The position numbers and the translations under genes were made by a program. A DNA stretch of 64,000 nt from a virus (taxonomy: Duplodnaviria > Caudoviricetes): the IMG/VR virus record IMGVR_UViG_3300010052_000131, positions 3,500 through 67,499 of that record; one strand, given 5' to 3'. Position 1 is the first letter of the stretch; every line of letters begins with the position of its first letter. Positions 37,298 to 46,888 of the stretch are shown piece after piece. Under the pieces are notes generated by a model that did no database searches, was not told the DNA's origin, and saw nothing but the letters and a program-made list of their open reading frames with translations.

Positions 37298-37849
37298 ATG
37301 GCACGTATTTCCTTGGTCCAGGCCATCAATCTGATCGTGGTGGAAACCGCGGACGGCAAGCCCAGCCAGAAGACGCTTGAGCTGAAGCGCGGCGTCAACG
37401 AGGTCGATCCCTCGGTCCTGACGCATCCCTACATCCAGTCGCATATGAAGGCGGGCTCCGCTTCCATCGTGCCCGACCCGATGGACCCGGAAGACATCGC
37501 CGCAGCGGCCGAAGAGATCGCCCGCCAAGCCCGCGCGCGCGCCGACGCTGCCAAGGCGCTGAAGGCGCAGGAACAGCAGAAGATCGACGACGCGATGAAG
37601 ACGGCGACGGCGAAGCCTGCGACCGATACCGCGGTGCCGGCCTCGAACATCGCCGCGGCGGCCGAAGAGATCGCCCCCGGCGCCGACGCGCCCGTGATCC
37701 CGCCTGCTGCGCCGGAGGCCCCGGCGCCGGCAACGAACGCTGCGCCCTCTGCGACGGAAGCGGCCCCGGCCGCACCTGCGCAGGCTGCACCTGCCGCGCC
37801 GGCGGCCGATGCCGCTCCGGCTGCTGGTGACCCGGCGCCCTCGGCCTGA
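37298..37849 (+). CDS. Head-associated small-domain protein with Ala/Pro tail
   Basis: LKRGVNEVDPSVLTHPYIQSH domain plus long A/P-rich region. Confidence 0.7.
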   Translation: MARISLVQAINLIVVETADGKPSQKTLELKRGVNEVDPSVLTHPYIQSHMKAGSASIVPDPMDPEDIAAAAEEIARQARARADAAKALKAQEQQKIDDAMKTATAKPATDTAVPASNIAAAAEEIAPGADAPVIPPAAPEAPAPATNAAPSATEAAPAAPAQAAPAAPAADAAPAAGDPAPSA

Positions 37850-37890
37850 TCGGGCACGGGCTTTAACCCTGCATCGGAGACGCCACGATC

Positions 37891-38205
37891 ATGATCACCA
37901 TTGATTTGCGCCAGAGCATGACCGTGCGCGTCCCCGATGCGTCGGGCACCGAACAGACTTACGACCTGGTCGCAGGCCTCAACGACGTTCCGCGCGAGGT
38001 CGCCGAGCACTGGTACGTCTCGAAGTTCACCCAGCCGGTGCGGCGCGTGCCGCGCACCGTGGTGCCTTCTGCGGCGCGCCCGATGGATTTGCCGCCCGCC
38101 GCGCTCGCCACCATGGCGGAGGCCTTGGCGCCCGTTGCCGCGGCCCCCGAACCCTCGCAGACCGCGGACGTACCGGCTGCAAAGGAACCGAAGGCCAAGG
38201 CGTGA
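37891..38205 (+). CDS. Paralogue of preceding small-domain protein
   Basis: LVAGLNDVPREVAEHWYVSKF. Confidence 0.7.
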   Translation: MITIDLRQSMTVRVPDASGTEQTYDLVAGLNDVPREVAEHWYVSKFTQPVRRVPRTVVPSAARPMDLPPAALATMAEALAPVAAAPEPSQTADVPAAKEPKAKA

Positions 38206-38591
38206 GCATCGATATCGCCACGTTCCGGACGGACTATCCAGAATTCGGCGACGCATCGGCCTTTCCCGATGCCGGCGTGACGTACTGGCTGAAGGTCGCC
38301 GGGCTTTTGCTCAATCCCTGCCGCTGGCAGGACATGCTCGACGTCGCGACCGAACTGTTTGTCGCCCACAATCTGGCGCTGGAACGGCAGGCGCAAAAGT
38401 CCGCCACCACCGGTGCGGTCCCGGGCCTGTCCACCGGTCCCGTGTCGTCAAAGACCGTCGGGCCCGTCACCCAGGCCTATGACACCACCGCCGGCATTAA
38501 CGAGGACGCCGGCCACTGGAACCTGACCACATACGGCACGCGCTTTTACCAGCTCATGCAGATGTTCGGCGCGGGGCCCATCCAGGTATGA
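38202..38591 (+). CDS. Head-tail adaptor (DUF4054)
   Basis: FRTDYPEF...LFVAHNLAL...SSKTVGPVTQAYD...WNLTTYGTRFYQL. Confidence 0.9.
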   Translation: MSIDIATFRTDYPEFGDASAFPDAGVTYWLKVAGLLLNPCRWQDMLDVATELFVAHNLALERQAQKSATTGAVPGLSTGPVSSKTVGPVTQAYDTTAGINEDAGHWNLTTYGTRFYQLMQMFGAGPIQV

Positions 38592-39073
38592 AATCCGGGG
38601 GCCAGACCATCGTCGACAACGTCGCCAGGGTGATCGACGGCATCGCCCAGCTCGCGACCACCCGCGTGATGGTTGGCGTGCCGGCCGAGAAGGCGACGCG
38701 TCAGGACGGCGAACCGGTGACCAACGCCGATCTGGCCTACATCCACAATAACGGCGCGCCGGAGGCGGGCATTCCGGCGCGCGAGTTCATGCGGTCCGGA
38801 ATTGAAACGAAGCAGGCGGATATCAACGAGGCCCTCAAGAAGACCGGGGAGGCCGCTCTTGACGGTAAGCCGGCCGCCGTCGATCGGGGTTTTCATCGGG
38901 TCGGGCTGATCGGGCAGGCGGCCCTGCGCGCCAAGATCACGGACGGAGCGTTCGTGCCTTTGGCGGACGCCACTATCGAGGCCCGCCGCCGCGCGGGTCG
39001 CACGGGAACAAAGCCGCTGATCGACAAGGCCGAACTCCGGAACGCGCTTTCATACGTCGTTCGCAAGGCGTGA
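38588..39073 (+). CDS. Neck/virion morphogenesis protein
   Basis: VMVGVPAEKATR...NADLAYIHNNGAPEAGIPAREFM...KPLIDKAELRNALSYVV. Confidence 0.85.
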   Translation: MKSGGQTIVDNVARVIDGIAQLATTRVMVGVPAEKATRQDGEPVTNADLAYIHNNGAPEAGIPAREFMRSGIETKQADINEALKKTGEAALDGKPAAVDRGFHRVGLIGQAALRAKITDGAFVPLADATIEARRRAGRTGTKPLIDKAELRNALSYVVRKA

Positions 39074-39079
39074 CATGAC

Positions 39080-39574
39080 ATGCCCGATATCGACGTTTCC
39101 GACCTGCTGTTCGATTCGGACATCGCGGGCGAAAGCTTCATCGTAATCCGCCGGCAGGAAATCGTCGGCGATAACGGCGTGTCGGTGCTGACGGCAACGT
39201 CGCTTCCGTTGCCGGGCGACGCTCCTATCGTCGGTTCGATTACGCCGACGGGCGACAACTCGCTGGTGCGCCAAGAGGCATATCAGACCCAGGCCAACAC
39301 CATCCTGGTGATCACGCCGTTTCGGTTACGCGGTCCCTCGAAAGACAGCGGCGGCGCCTCGTTTCAGCCCGACGTGGTCGTGTGGAACGGCAACCATTTC
39401 GTGGTGAAGACGCTCAACGAATGGACGTCATTCGGCGCGGGCTTCGTCGAAGCAGAATGCTCGTCGATCGACCTGATCGAACTGGCGCCCGGCGAAACCC
39501 CGCCGGGGGAAGGCAACGGCCTCGATTTCTCGCGCGACGACAACACGATCTATATCCCAGCGATCATCAAGTGA
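39080..39574 (+). CDS. Head-closure protein with C-terminal LDFS tag
   Basis: MPDIDVSDLLFDSD...PDVVVWNGNHFVV...GAGFVEAEC. Confidence 0.8.
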   Translation: MPDIDVSDLLFDSDIAGESFIVIRRQEIVGDNGVSVLTATSLPLPGDAPIVGSITPTGDNSLVRQEAYQTQANTILVITPFRLRGPSKDSGGASFQPDVVVWNGNHFVVKTLNEWTSFGAGFVEAECSSIDLIELAPGETPPGEGNGLDFSRDDNTIYIPAIIK

Positions 39575-39580
39575 CGCCCG

Positions 39581-40177
39581 ATGCCCAATGACAGCACGTC
39601 GGGCGGATATCTCTCACCCGACCCGACCACGCCGCCGCTACAGGGCCAAGCCCTTCTTGATTACCTGCAAGGCGTCATCGTCGGGATCACGGGTTTGGAC
39701 GGAAAGATGGTACGGCCGTTCTGGCAGTCAGAGCCGCCGAACATTCCGGATGCCGGCACGGCCTGGTGCGCTTTCCGGATTACCGCGCGGCCGAGCGATA
39801 CGTTCCCCTATGTCCAGCACAACGCGGACGGCGAGGGCGGCGATGCGCTCCAGCGCCATGAAGAATTGCGCGTCTTGGCCAGCTTCTACGATCTCGGTAG
39901 CGGCGGGCAGGCGGACGGCTACGCGGCGTTGCTGCGCGACGGCTTGTCGATCGCACAGAACCGCGAAGTCCTGACGCGGAGCAAGATGGGTCTCGCCCGG
40001 ACAGGCGAAATCATGCCGGTGCCCGTCCTCGTGAAATCGCGATGGCTCTACCGCGTCGACCTTGAAGTGGTCATCCGCCGCCAGATCGACCGGCTCTATC
40101 CCGTTCTCAATGTGGCCTCCGCTCAAGGTTCGATCGTCAGCGACGACGGCATCGCCCGGCCAATCAAAGTCCCCTAG
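39581..40177 (+). CDS. Tail terminator/neck protein
   Basis: MPNDSTSGGYL...GLDGKMVRPFWQSEPP...RYRVDL-like YRVDLEVVIRRQIDRLYPV. Confidence 0.8.
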   Translation: MPNDSTSGGYLSPDPTTPPLQGQALLDYLQGVIVGITGLDGKMVRPFWQSEPPNIPDAGTAWCAFRITARPSDTFPYVQHNADGEGGDALQRHEELRVLASFYDLGSGGQADGYAALLRDGLSIAQNREVLTRSKMGLARTGEIMPVPVLVKSRWLYRVDLEVVIRRQIDRLYPVLNVASAQGSIVSDDGIARPIKVP

Positions 40178-40192
40178 TTTTGGAGCATTTCG

Positions 40193-41680
40193 ATGCTGAA
40201 TGCGCTTCCGGTTTCCAGCCTGGTCAACGTCACGGTGAACCTCTCGCCGTCGCTCGCGCAGGCGCCGAACCTCAATACCTGCCTTGTTCTGGGCACCAGC
40301 ACGGTGATCGATACCGTCTCCCGGATGCGGGAATATGCGTCCATCGCGCAGGTCGCGACCGACTTTGGCACCGCGGCTGAGGAATATCTGGCCGCGCTGC
40401 TGTGGTTCGAACAAGCTCCGCAACCCGAGACGTTACTGATCGGCCGGTGGGCCAAGACGGCCGCGGCTGGCCAGTTGATCGGCGCACCGGTGTCCGCGAC
40501 CAATCAATTGATCGCCACCTGGAACGCGATCGCCACCGGCAGCATCCGTTTCACGATCGACGGTGGCGGCCCTCAGAACCTCGCCGGCTTGAACTTCACC
40601 GGCGCGGCCAACCTGAATGCGGTTGCGGGCATCATCAATACCGCGCTCGCCGGAACGGCCGTCGTCGTCTGGAATGCGGTTTACCAGCGCTTCGAAGTCA
40701 CCAGCGCCACCACAGGGCCGGCCTCCTCGGTGGCCTTCTGCCTGCCGACCGGCGCCGGCATCGATATTTCCGTGATGCTGGGCCTGCGAGCGGCCAGCGT
40801 TGGCGCCTATGTCGCCCCGGGCATCGCCGCTGAGACCGCGCTTGCCGCCGTCACGCTGTTCGACAGCATGTTCTCCTCGCAGTGGTACGGCCTCGCCATC
40901 CCGTCCGCCGTCAATGCGGACCATCTTGCCGTGGCGCCCTACATCGAAGCGGCCAACCCGTCACATTATTACGGGGTCACCTCGCAAGACCCGAACTCGG
41001 TGCTCGCGTCGGCGACCACCGATATCGCCTATCTGCTGGCGAACGGCCATTTCAACAAAACCACCTGCCAGTATTCCAGCACGAATCCTTATGCCGTCAT
41101 GAGCTATCTGGCGCGCATCCTGACCACCAATTTTACCGCCAGCAATTCGACCATCACGCTGATGTACAAGCAGGAACCGGGCATTACGGCCGAGAACTTG
41201 ACCTTGTCGCAGGCGGCGGCATTGAAGGCCAAGCACTGCAACGTGTTCGCAAACTTCAACAACAACACCGCGATCATCCTCAACGGCGTCAGCTGTTCGG
41301 GCCAGTACACGGACGCGGTGATCGGCGCGGATTGGCTGCAGCAACAGGTGCAGACCAACGTTTTCAACCTGCTGTACGGGTCGACGACGAAGATCCCACA
41401 GACCGATGCCGGCATGCATCAGATCGCCACCCAGATTGAAGCGGCGATGATCACGGGCGTCGGCAACGGCCTGTTGGCGCCAGGCGTCTGGAATGCCGGC
41501 GGCTTCGGCCAGCTCAAGCAGGGCGACTATCTCAACAAGGGCTATTACGTCTACACGCCGCCGATTGCCTCGCAATCACCCGCCGATCGGTCCGCGCGCA
41601 AGTCCGTACCGTTCCAGGTGGCGGCCAAGTTCGGCGGCGCCGTGCACGAAGCGGACGTGCTGATCAACTTCAATTCCTGA
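40193..41680 (+). CDS. Tail sheath protein (DUF3383)
   Basis: LPVSSLVNVTV...FEQAPQP..LLIGRW...TITLMYKQEPG...KIPQTDAG...GAVHEADVLIN. Confidence 0.92.
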   Translation: MLNALPVSSLVNVTVNLSPSLAQAPNLNTCLVLGTSTVIDTVSRMREYASIAQVATDFGTAAEEYLAALLWFEQAPQPETLLIGRWAKTAAAGQLIGAPVSATNQLIATWNAIATGSIRFTIDGGGPQNLAGLNFTGAANLNAVAGIINTALAGTAVVVWNAVYQRFEVTSATTGPASSVAFCLPTGAGIDISVMLGLRAASVGAYVAPGIAAETALAAVTLFDSMFSSQWYGLAIPSAVNADHLAVAPYIEAANPSHYYGVTSQDPNSVLASATTDIAYLLANGHFNKTTCQYSSTNPYAVMSYLARILTTNFTASNSTITLMYKQEPGITAENLTLSQAAALKAKHCNVFANFNNNTAIILNGVSCSGQYTDAVIGADWLQQQVQTNVFNLLYGSTTKIPQTDAGMHQIATQIEAAMITGVGNGLLAPGVWNAGGFGQLKQGDYLNKGYYVYTPPIASQSPADRSARKSVPFQVAAKFGGAVHEADVLINFNS

Positions 41681-41724
41681 TTGCGGCCTCATAGCCGGAT
41701 CTGCCTCAAAACCGGAGTTGCCCC

Positions 41725-42183
41725 ATGGGCGTTTATTCGTTTCTCGACGTGCAGGCATCGATCACCGGCCCCGGTGGCGCGTTTTCCTTGGGCGCCGGCT
41801 CTGGCAACGCGGAAGAGGGCATTACCACGGCCTTCATCGGCGAGAAGAACACGCTGACCAAGGGCGCCGACGGCTCCGGCATGCACTCGCTGCACGCGTC
41901 GAACGCCGGCAAGATCACGCTGCGCTTTCTGAAGACATCGCCCGTCAATGCCCAGCTTTCCGCGATGTACAATTTCCAGAAAACCAGTAGCGGCAATTGG
42001 GGGCAGAACATCATCGTGGTGTCGAATACCCAGCTTGGCGACGTCGTCAGCGGCCAGCAGTGCGCCTTTACCAAACACCCGGACCTGACCTATGCCGTCG
42101 AAGGCGGCATGGTTGAATGGGAATTCGACGTCATCCAGCTCGATGAGCTGATCGGCGCCGGCGTTCCCGACGTGAACCTGTAA
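41725..42183 (+). CDS. Tail tube protein (DUF3277-like)
   Basis: YSFLDVQASITGPGG...AEEGIT...GADGSGMHSL...LKTSPVNAQL. Confidence 0.88.
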   Translation: MGVYSFLDVQASITGPGGAFSLGAGSGNAEEGITTAFIGEKNTLTKGADGSGMHSLHASNAGKITLRFLKTSPVNAQLSAMYNFQKTSSGNWGQNIIVVSNTQLGDVVSGQQCAFTKHPDLTYAVEGGMVEWEFDVIQLDELIGAGVPDVNL

Positions 42184-42190
42184 GGCTGTC

Positions 42191-42610
42191 ATGAGCAACG
42201 AATTCCCCCTTGGCGGTCATGTCTACCGCGCCGAAGCGCTGAGCGTTTTCGATCAGTTTGACGTCGCCCGCCGGCTGGCACCGATCGTGACGCTGCTCAC
42301 GATGCAGAAGGACCGCACGGTCCTGCAGAAGGGATTTGCCCGCGCGTTCGTCTCCATGTCATCCGGGCTCTCGCGCGAGGATGGCCAAGCCATTCTGGTC
42401 ATGTGCCTTGGTCAGGTGTCGCGCCGTGAGCAGAGTGGGCAGTTCGCGCCCGTCTGCGTCAAGGGCCAGATGATGTTCCAAGATATCAAGCTCGAGCAAA
42501 GCCTCGAGCTGCTTTGGCACGCTCTGTTGGCGAGCAACATCATCGATTTTTTCGACGTGCCCCTCTCAACTTCGAAAGGAGCGGGAGAGGGGGAAAAACC
42601 GTCCGCCTAG
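42191..42610 (+). CDS. Tail assembly chaperone
   Basis: LSVFDQFDVARRLAP...FAPV....MMFQDI; position between tube and tape measure. Confidence 0.82.
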   Translation: MSNEFPLGGHVYRAEALSVFDQFDVARRLAPIVTLLTMQKDRTVLQKGFARAFVSMSSGLSREDGQAILVMCLGQVSRREQSGQFAPVCVKGQMMFQDIKLEQSLELLWHALLASNIIDFFDVPLSTSKGAGEGEKPSA

Positions 42611-42777
42611 TCCATCTCCCGAACAACGAGGACTGGATCATGCGCCCGGTCATTCGCGGGTGCTGCCAGTACGAGAGCCTTTTGAACGGGCGACTGTGCT
42701 TGCTGGACATCGCCCGGATGAATGACGCGATCGACGTGTTCGACGAAAACGCCCGGCGGTTGGCCGCAAGGAAATAA
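42592..42777 (+). CDS. Tail chaperone downstream ORF (-1 frame), probably reached by frameshift
   Basis: EDWIMRPV..G.CQYESL..G.L.L.DIARMNDAIDV; conserved-looking residues precede the only ATG. Confidence 0.65.
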   Translation, partial: GKTVRLVHLPNNEDWIMRPVIRGCCQYESLLNGRLCLLDIARMNDAIDVFDENARRLAARK

Positions 42778-42780
42778 GCC

Positions 42781-44424
42781 GTGGCCGACAAACTTCGCGA
42801 ATACCTCATCGCCCTCGGCTTCAAGGTCGACGATGCGTCCTACAAGAAGTTCAAGGGCGCGATCGCCACCAGCGCGAAGGAAGTCGCAGGCCTCGGCACG
42901 GTTACGGTATCGACCGCTACGGCGATCGCTCTGTCGGTGGAACAGGTCGCCCGCGAATTCGAGGGGCTGGCTTACCTTTCCCAGCGGACCAAGGCGTCCG
43001 TGAACGATCTGAAATCCTATTCGTTCGGGATGAAGCAGATCGGCATCGACGCCGGGCAGTCCCAGGCGGCGTTGGAATCGTTCGCCGCCGCGCAGCGCCT
43101 AAATCCCGGCGTCAAGGGCTTCATCGGGCTTGGCGGCGGTACGGGTAAGGACCCGATCGAGCAACTGACCAACTTCGTCGAGCGTCAAAAGAAGCTTTAC
43201 GGCGAAAGCGGTTATTACGTCGCGGCCATCAATGCCGAGCTCGCCGGCATCCCGGAAGCCACGTTCCTTCAAATCTGGAACAACCTGCCGAAGCTTCGCG
43301 CCGCCCAGGCCGAAATGCTGCGCATGCGGCAGGAGGCCGGGCTGGCGGGCAAGGATTTCACCGAACAGAGCGTCGCCTTTACCAATGCGTGGGACCATCT
43401 GCTTGGATCAATCGGTCTCGGCAAGGAACGGATTGCGAGCGACCTGATCCGGCCAACGACGCTTGGCGTCAAGGCCCTTGACGACATCGTGCAGGCCTTC
43501 AACAAGGCCGATACCGCAACGGCCGGCTGGATCGGAACGGTTACCGGCTTGGGCGTGGCGGCGGGCGGAACCACGGCGGCTCTCGCGCTCCTTCTTCGGA
43601 TGATAGGGGTCAAGGGCCTTCTGAGTGCCGCGCTCGGCAGTGGAGGTCGCCTGTTGCTGCCCGTCGCCTCCGCCGCCTGGCTCACCGGGCTCGGCATGGA
43701 GGCCGGTGACACACCGGAAGGAAAGCAATTCAAGGCCTCCGGCGACCTGGTGACGGACGTCTATGGCTGGCTGCGGGCGGTGAAGCCGACGCTGCAGAAG
43801 CGACTCGGCATCACCCCGGAAGGTGGCAGCAGTGCTGGTGCCGCCGGCGGCGGTCGGGGCGCGACGATCGACTATTTCATGAAACAAGGCTGGTCGCGGG
43901 CCGCTGCCCAAGGCATCGCCAGCAACCTGTTCCATGAAAGCAAGTTCAATCCGGCGGCCGTCGGCGATGGCGGCCAGGCCTACGGCGTCGCGCAGTGGCA
44001 CCCGGACCGGCAGGCGGCTTTCAAGCAATGGTCCGGAAAAGACATCCGCGGATCCTCGCTCGAGGAGCAGCTTGCGTTCATCCAGCACGAATTGACCCAG
44101 GGTCATGACGCCGGGGCCAAGCGCGCGGGCGCCAAGCTTCGCGGAACGACCGATCCTTATGAAGCCGGCGTCATCTTTAGCGGCCTGTACGAGCGCCCGG
44201 CGGACACCTACGGCGAGGCGCACAAGCGCGGGAAACAGGCCGCGGCCTGGTACGACACGCCACTAGCGCCGGCCGGCGCCGCCGGCACCAACGTGGTGAT
44301 CAACCAGACCAATCATAACAACATCACCTCGCCGAACCCGCGGGAAGCCGGCGAGCAGGTGAGCGCCGCCAACGAACGGTCCAACGGCGACCTGGTGCGC
44401 AATTTCCAAGGGGCCGCGCGATGA
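42781..44424 (+). CDS. Tape measure protein with C-terminal tail lysozyme domain
   Basis: LREYLIALGFKVD; GWSRAAAQGIASNLFHESKFNPAAVGDGGQAYGVAQWHPDRQ. Confidence 0.88.
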   Translation: MADKLREYLIALGFKVDDASYKKFKGAIATSAKEVAGLGTVTVSTATAIALSVEQVAREFEGLAYLSQRTKASVNDLKSYSFGMKQIGIDAGQSQAALESFAAAQRLNPGVKGFIGLGGGTGKDPIEQLTNFVERQKKLYGESGYYVAAINAELAGIPEATFLQIWNNLPKLRAAQAEMLRMRQEAGLAGKDFTEQSVAFTNAWDHLLGSIGLGKERIASDLIRPTTLGVKALDDIVQAFNKADTATAGWIGTVTGLGVAAGGTTAALALLLRMIGVKGLLSAALGSGGRLLLPVASAAWLTGLGMEAGDTPEGKQFKASGDLVTDVYGWLRAVKPTLQKRLGITPEGGSSAGAAGGGRGATIDYFMKQGWSRAAAQGIASNLFHESKFNPAAVGDGGQAYGVAQWHPDRQAAFKQWSGKDIRGSSLEEQLAFIQHELTQGHDAGAKRAGAKLRGTTDPYEAGVIFSGLYERPADTYGEAHKRGKQAAAWYDTPLAPAGAAGTNVVINQTNHNNITSPNPREAGEQVSAANERSNGDLVRNFQGAAR

Positions 44425-45011
44425 GCCTCATTCCGGCCGGCCTGAGCGTAGCGATCGCTTCGGCGCTCGACCTGATCAACCCGGTGCTGTTCCGCCAACG
44501 CAACATCGGCGGGTTCGTCGCCGACGTGACGGTGGAAGAGTTGCTGTATGACGCGCTGGAAGCAACCCAGCATCCTGTAGAGCAGGGAGCTGCTGTCTCG
44601 GATCATTCGTTCAAGCGGCCGTCGGCTGTGCTGATCAAGGCCGGATGGTCGAACTCGAGCCCGCAGGCCGAAGGAAATCCCGAATACGTCAACGACACCT
44701 ATCAGGATTTCCTTGCCCTGCAGGCCAGTCGCCAGCCCTTCGACGTTGTGACGGGCAAGCGTAGCTATTCGAACATGCTGATCACGCGCTTGCAGGCGCG
44801 CACGGATGAAAAAACAGAAAACGCCTTGATGCTGGAAATCGAGTGCCGGGAGCTCATCCTGGTCTCGACGCAGACCGTTGCGGTTCCAAACGCCAATCAG
44901 GCGTCGCCGGAAGTCACGGGCGGCACTGTCGATCGAGGAACGGTGTCCGCCGCGCCGACCACGCGGGTGATTGTGACGGGCGGCACCGTGGTGGGAGCGC
45001 CCACACCGTGA
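44421..45011 (+). CDS. Baseplate/tail-tube initiator (Dit-like)
   Basis: TQHPVEQGAAVSDHSFKRP...VVTGKR.Y.NML. Confidence 0.8.
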   Translation: MSLIPAGLSVAIASALDLINPVLFRQRNIGGFVADVTVEELLYDALEATQHPVEQGAAVSDHSFKRPSAVLIKAGWSNSSPQAEGNPEYVNDTYQDFLALQASRQPFDVVTGKRSYSNMLITRLQARTDEKTENALMLEIECRELILVSTQTVAVPNANQASPEVTGGTVDRGTVSAAPTTRVIVTGGTVVGAPTP

Positions 45012-45322
45012 GCGCCCTCGAAATCCCCTTGGTCGCCAGCACCGCGCAGCGTTTCAACGTGTCGCTTGTCGGCGTGTCCTATGTGATGAAGGTCCGGTGG
45101 TGCGCGCCCGCGAATAGCTGGGTCCTCGATATCGCCGACGCCAACGACGTCCCGATCGTTTCCGGGATACCGATGATCACCGGGGCCGATCTGCTCGAGC
45201 AATACGGATATCTTGGCATCGGCGGACAACTGATCTGCCAGTCCGATGATGACACCGACGCGGTGCCGACGTTCGATAATCTCGGCAACATCGGCCGCCT
45301 TTACTTCGTGCCCGACGCATGA
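45008..45322 (+). CDS. Baseplate plug protein
   Basis: EIPL...QRFNVSL...WVLDIADA...GIPMITGADLLEQY.YLGIGG; GTG start. Confidence 0.78.
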   Translation: MSALEIPLVASTAQRFNVSLVGVSYVMKVRWCAPANSWVLDIADANDVPIVSGIPMITGADLLEQYGYLGIGGQLICQSDDDTDAVPTFDNLGNIGRLYFVPDA

Positions 45323-46248
45323 GCGATCAATATCTCCGCAAGTGCTCCCTGATCGTGAGCGAGAACGGGTCGGGCATCGATCTTTCGCAAATGCGGATCG
45401 TGTTCAAGACGACGCAGTCGGACGTGCAGACACCGAACACGGCGGTCATCCGCGTTTATAATCTGAGCGACAAGACGGCGAAGTCGGTCCAGAAGGAATT
45501 CACCGCGGTGCGGTTGCAGGCCGGATATGAGACCGGCGCGTTTGGAACTATCTTCGATGGCACCATCAAGCAGGTACGGCGCGGTCGGGAAAACCCGACG
45601 GACACTTATCTCGACATTCTCGCCGCCGACGGCGACAAGGCCTACAATCAGGGCGTGATCTCGAAGTCGCTGGCGGCCGGCGCCACTGCGGAAGACGAGC
45701 GGAACGCCCTGATTGACGCTTTCGGCCTGCCAAAGGGGTATGTCGCCGACCTGCCGCCGGGCGCGGCCCAGCGCGGCCAGGTCAAATACGGCATGGCCCG
45801 CGACCACATGCGTGATCTGGCCAACACCAACGGCATGACCTGGTCAATCCAGAACGGTCAGATTCAGATGATCCCGAATACCGGCTACCGGCCGGGAACC
45901 GCGGTAGTGCTCAACTCCAACACCGGCATGATCGGGCTTCCCGTGCAAACCGAGGGCGGCATTCTCGTAAAGTGCCTGCTCAATCCGAACATCAAGATTG
46001 GCTCGCTGCTCCAGATCAATAATGCGTCGATCCAGCGCGACCTGATTGGCGGCAAGCTGCTCAACGCGCCGGGAAGGCTCGAGGAACTGTCGGGCTTTCG
46101 TCCCAAGGTTACCGACGACGGCTTCTACCGGGTCTACGTCAACGAATTCGAGGGCGATACCCGCGGAACGCCTTGGTACAACGACATCACGTGCCTTGCC
46201 GTCGATCGAAGCGCGCCCGCTGACAAGTCCGTCAAAGCACCGGCATAG
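45319..46248 (+). CDS. Baseplate hub protein
   Basis: QYLRKCSLIV...IRVYNLS...LQAGY...IFDGTI...NTGMIGLP. Confidence 0.85.
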   Translation: MSDQYLRKCSLIVSENGSGIDLSQMRIVFKTTQSDVQTPNTAVIRVYNLSDKTAKSVQKEFTAVRLQAGYETGAFGTIFDGTIKQVRRGRENPTDTYLDILAADGDKAYNQGVISKSLAAGATAEDERNALIDAFGLPKGYVADLPPGAAQRGQVKYGMARDHMRDLANTNGMTWSIQNGQIQMIPNTGYRPGTAVVLNSNTGMIGLPVQTEGGILVKCLLNPNIKIGSLLQINNASIQRDLIGGKLLNAPGRLEELSGFRPKVTDDGFYRVYVNEFEGDTRGTPWYNDITCLAVDRSAPADKSVKAPA

Positions 46249-46260
46249 AATACCGTCGCC

Positions 46261-46884
46261 ATGGATCAGCGCGAACGCCTCAGAGACCCGGAGGAGGCGC
46301 TCCGCGTCGTGCTGGAAGGACATCAGGCGACGATCTGGACGGCCATGCCCGGGATCCTGCAGACGTTCGACGCCGGCAAGATGACATGCGAGGTGCAGCC
46401 GGCCATTCAAGGGCAGTTGCGGCAGGCAGACGGCACCTGGATCGATAAAAGCCTTCCGGTGCTGCTGGACTGCCCGGTGATATTTCCGGCCGGCGGCGGG
46501 TTCGCGCTGACCTTTCCGCTGAAACAGGGCGACGAAGGCCTGATCGTCATCGCCTCGCGCTGCATCGACGCGTGGTGGTATTCCGGCGGCGTGCAAAAGC
46601 AGGCCCGCGCGCGGATGCACGATCTGTCGGACGGGTTCTTCTTGCCCGGATGCTTCTCGCAGCCGCGGAAGCTCTCGAACATCAACCCGGACTTTCCGGA
46701 ACTGAGAAACAGCGACGGAACGATCAAGTTCGCGGCCACCGCCACCGGCTTCAAGATCACGGGAGATCTGGACGTCACCGGCGAGGTTCATGGCAAGGCT
46801 GATGACCCGGTCAACCGCGTCGGGCTGACGTCTCATCTTGGCCATACAGCCACCGGCGCTTTCCCGCCGAAACCCGGAACCTGA
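46261..46884 (+). CDS. Baseplate spike (Gp138/gpV-like)
   Basis: TAMPGILQTFD...VQPAI...PVIFP.GGGF.LTFP..GDEGL...RCID.WW...RMHDLSDGFFLPG. Confidence 0.88.
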   Translation: MDQRERLRDPEEALRVVLEGHQATIWTAMPGILQTFDAGKMTCEVQPAIQGQLRQADGTWIDKSLPVLLDCPVIFPAGGGFALTFPLKQGDEGLIVIASRCIDAWWYSGGVQKQARARMHDLSDGFFLPGCFSQPRKLSNINPDFPELRNSDGTIKFAATATGFKITGDLDVTGEVHGKADDPVNRVGLTSHLGHTATGAFPPKPGT

Positions 46885-46888
46885 AGCT

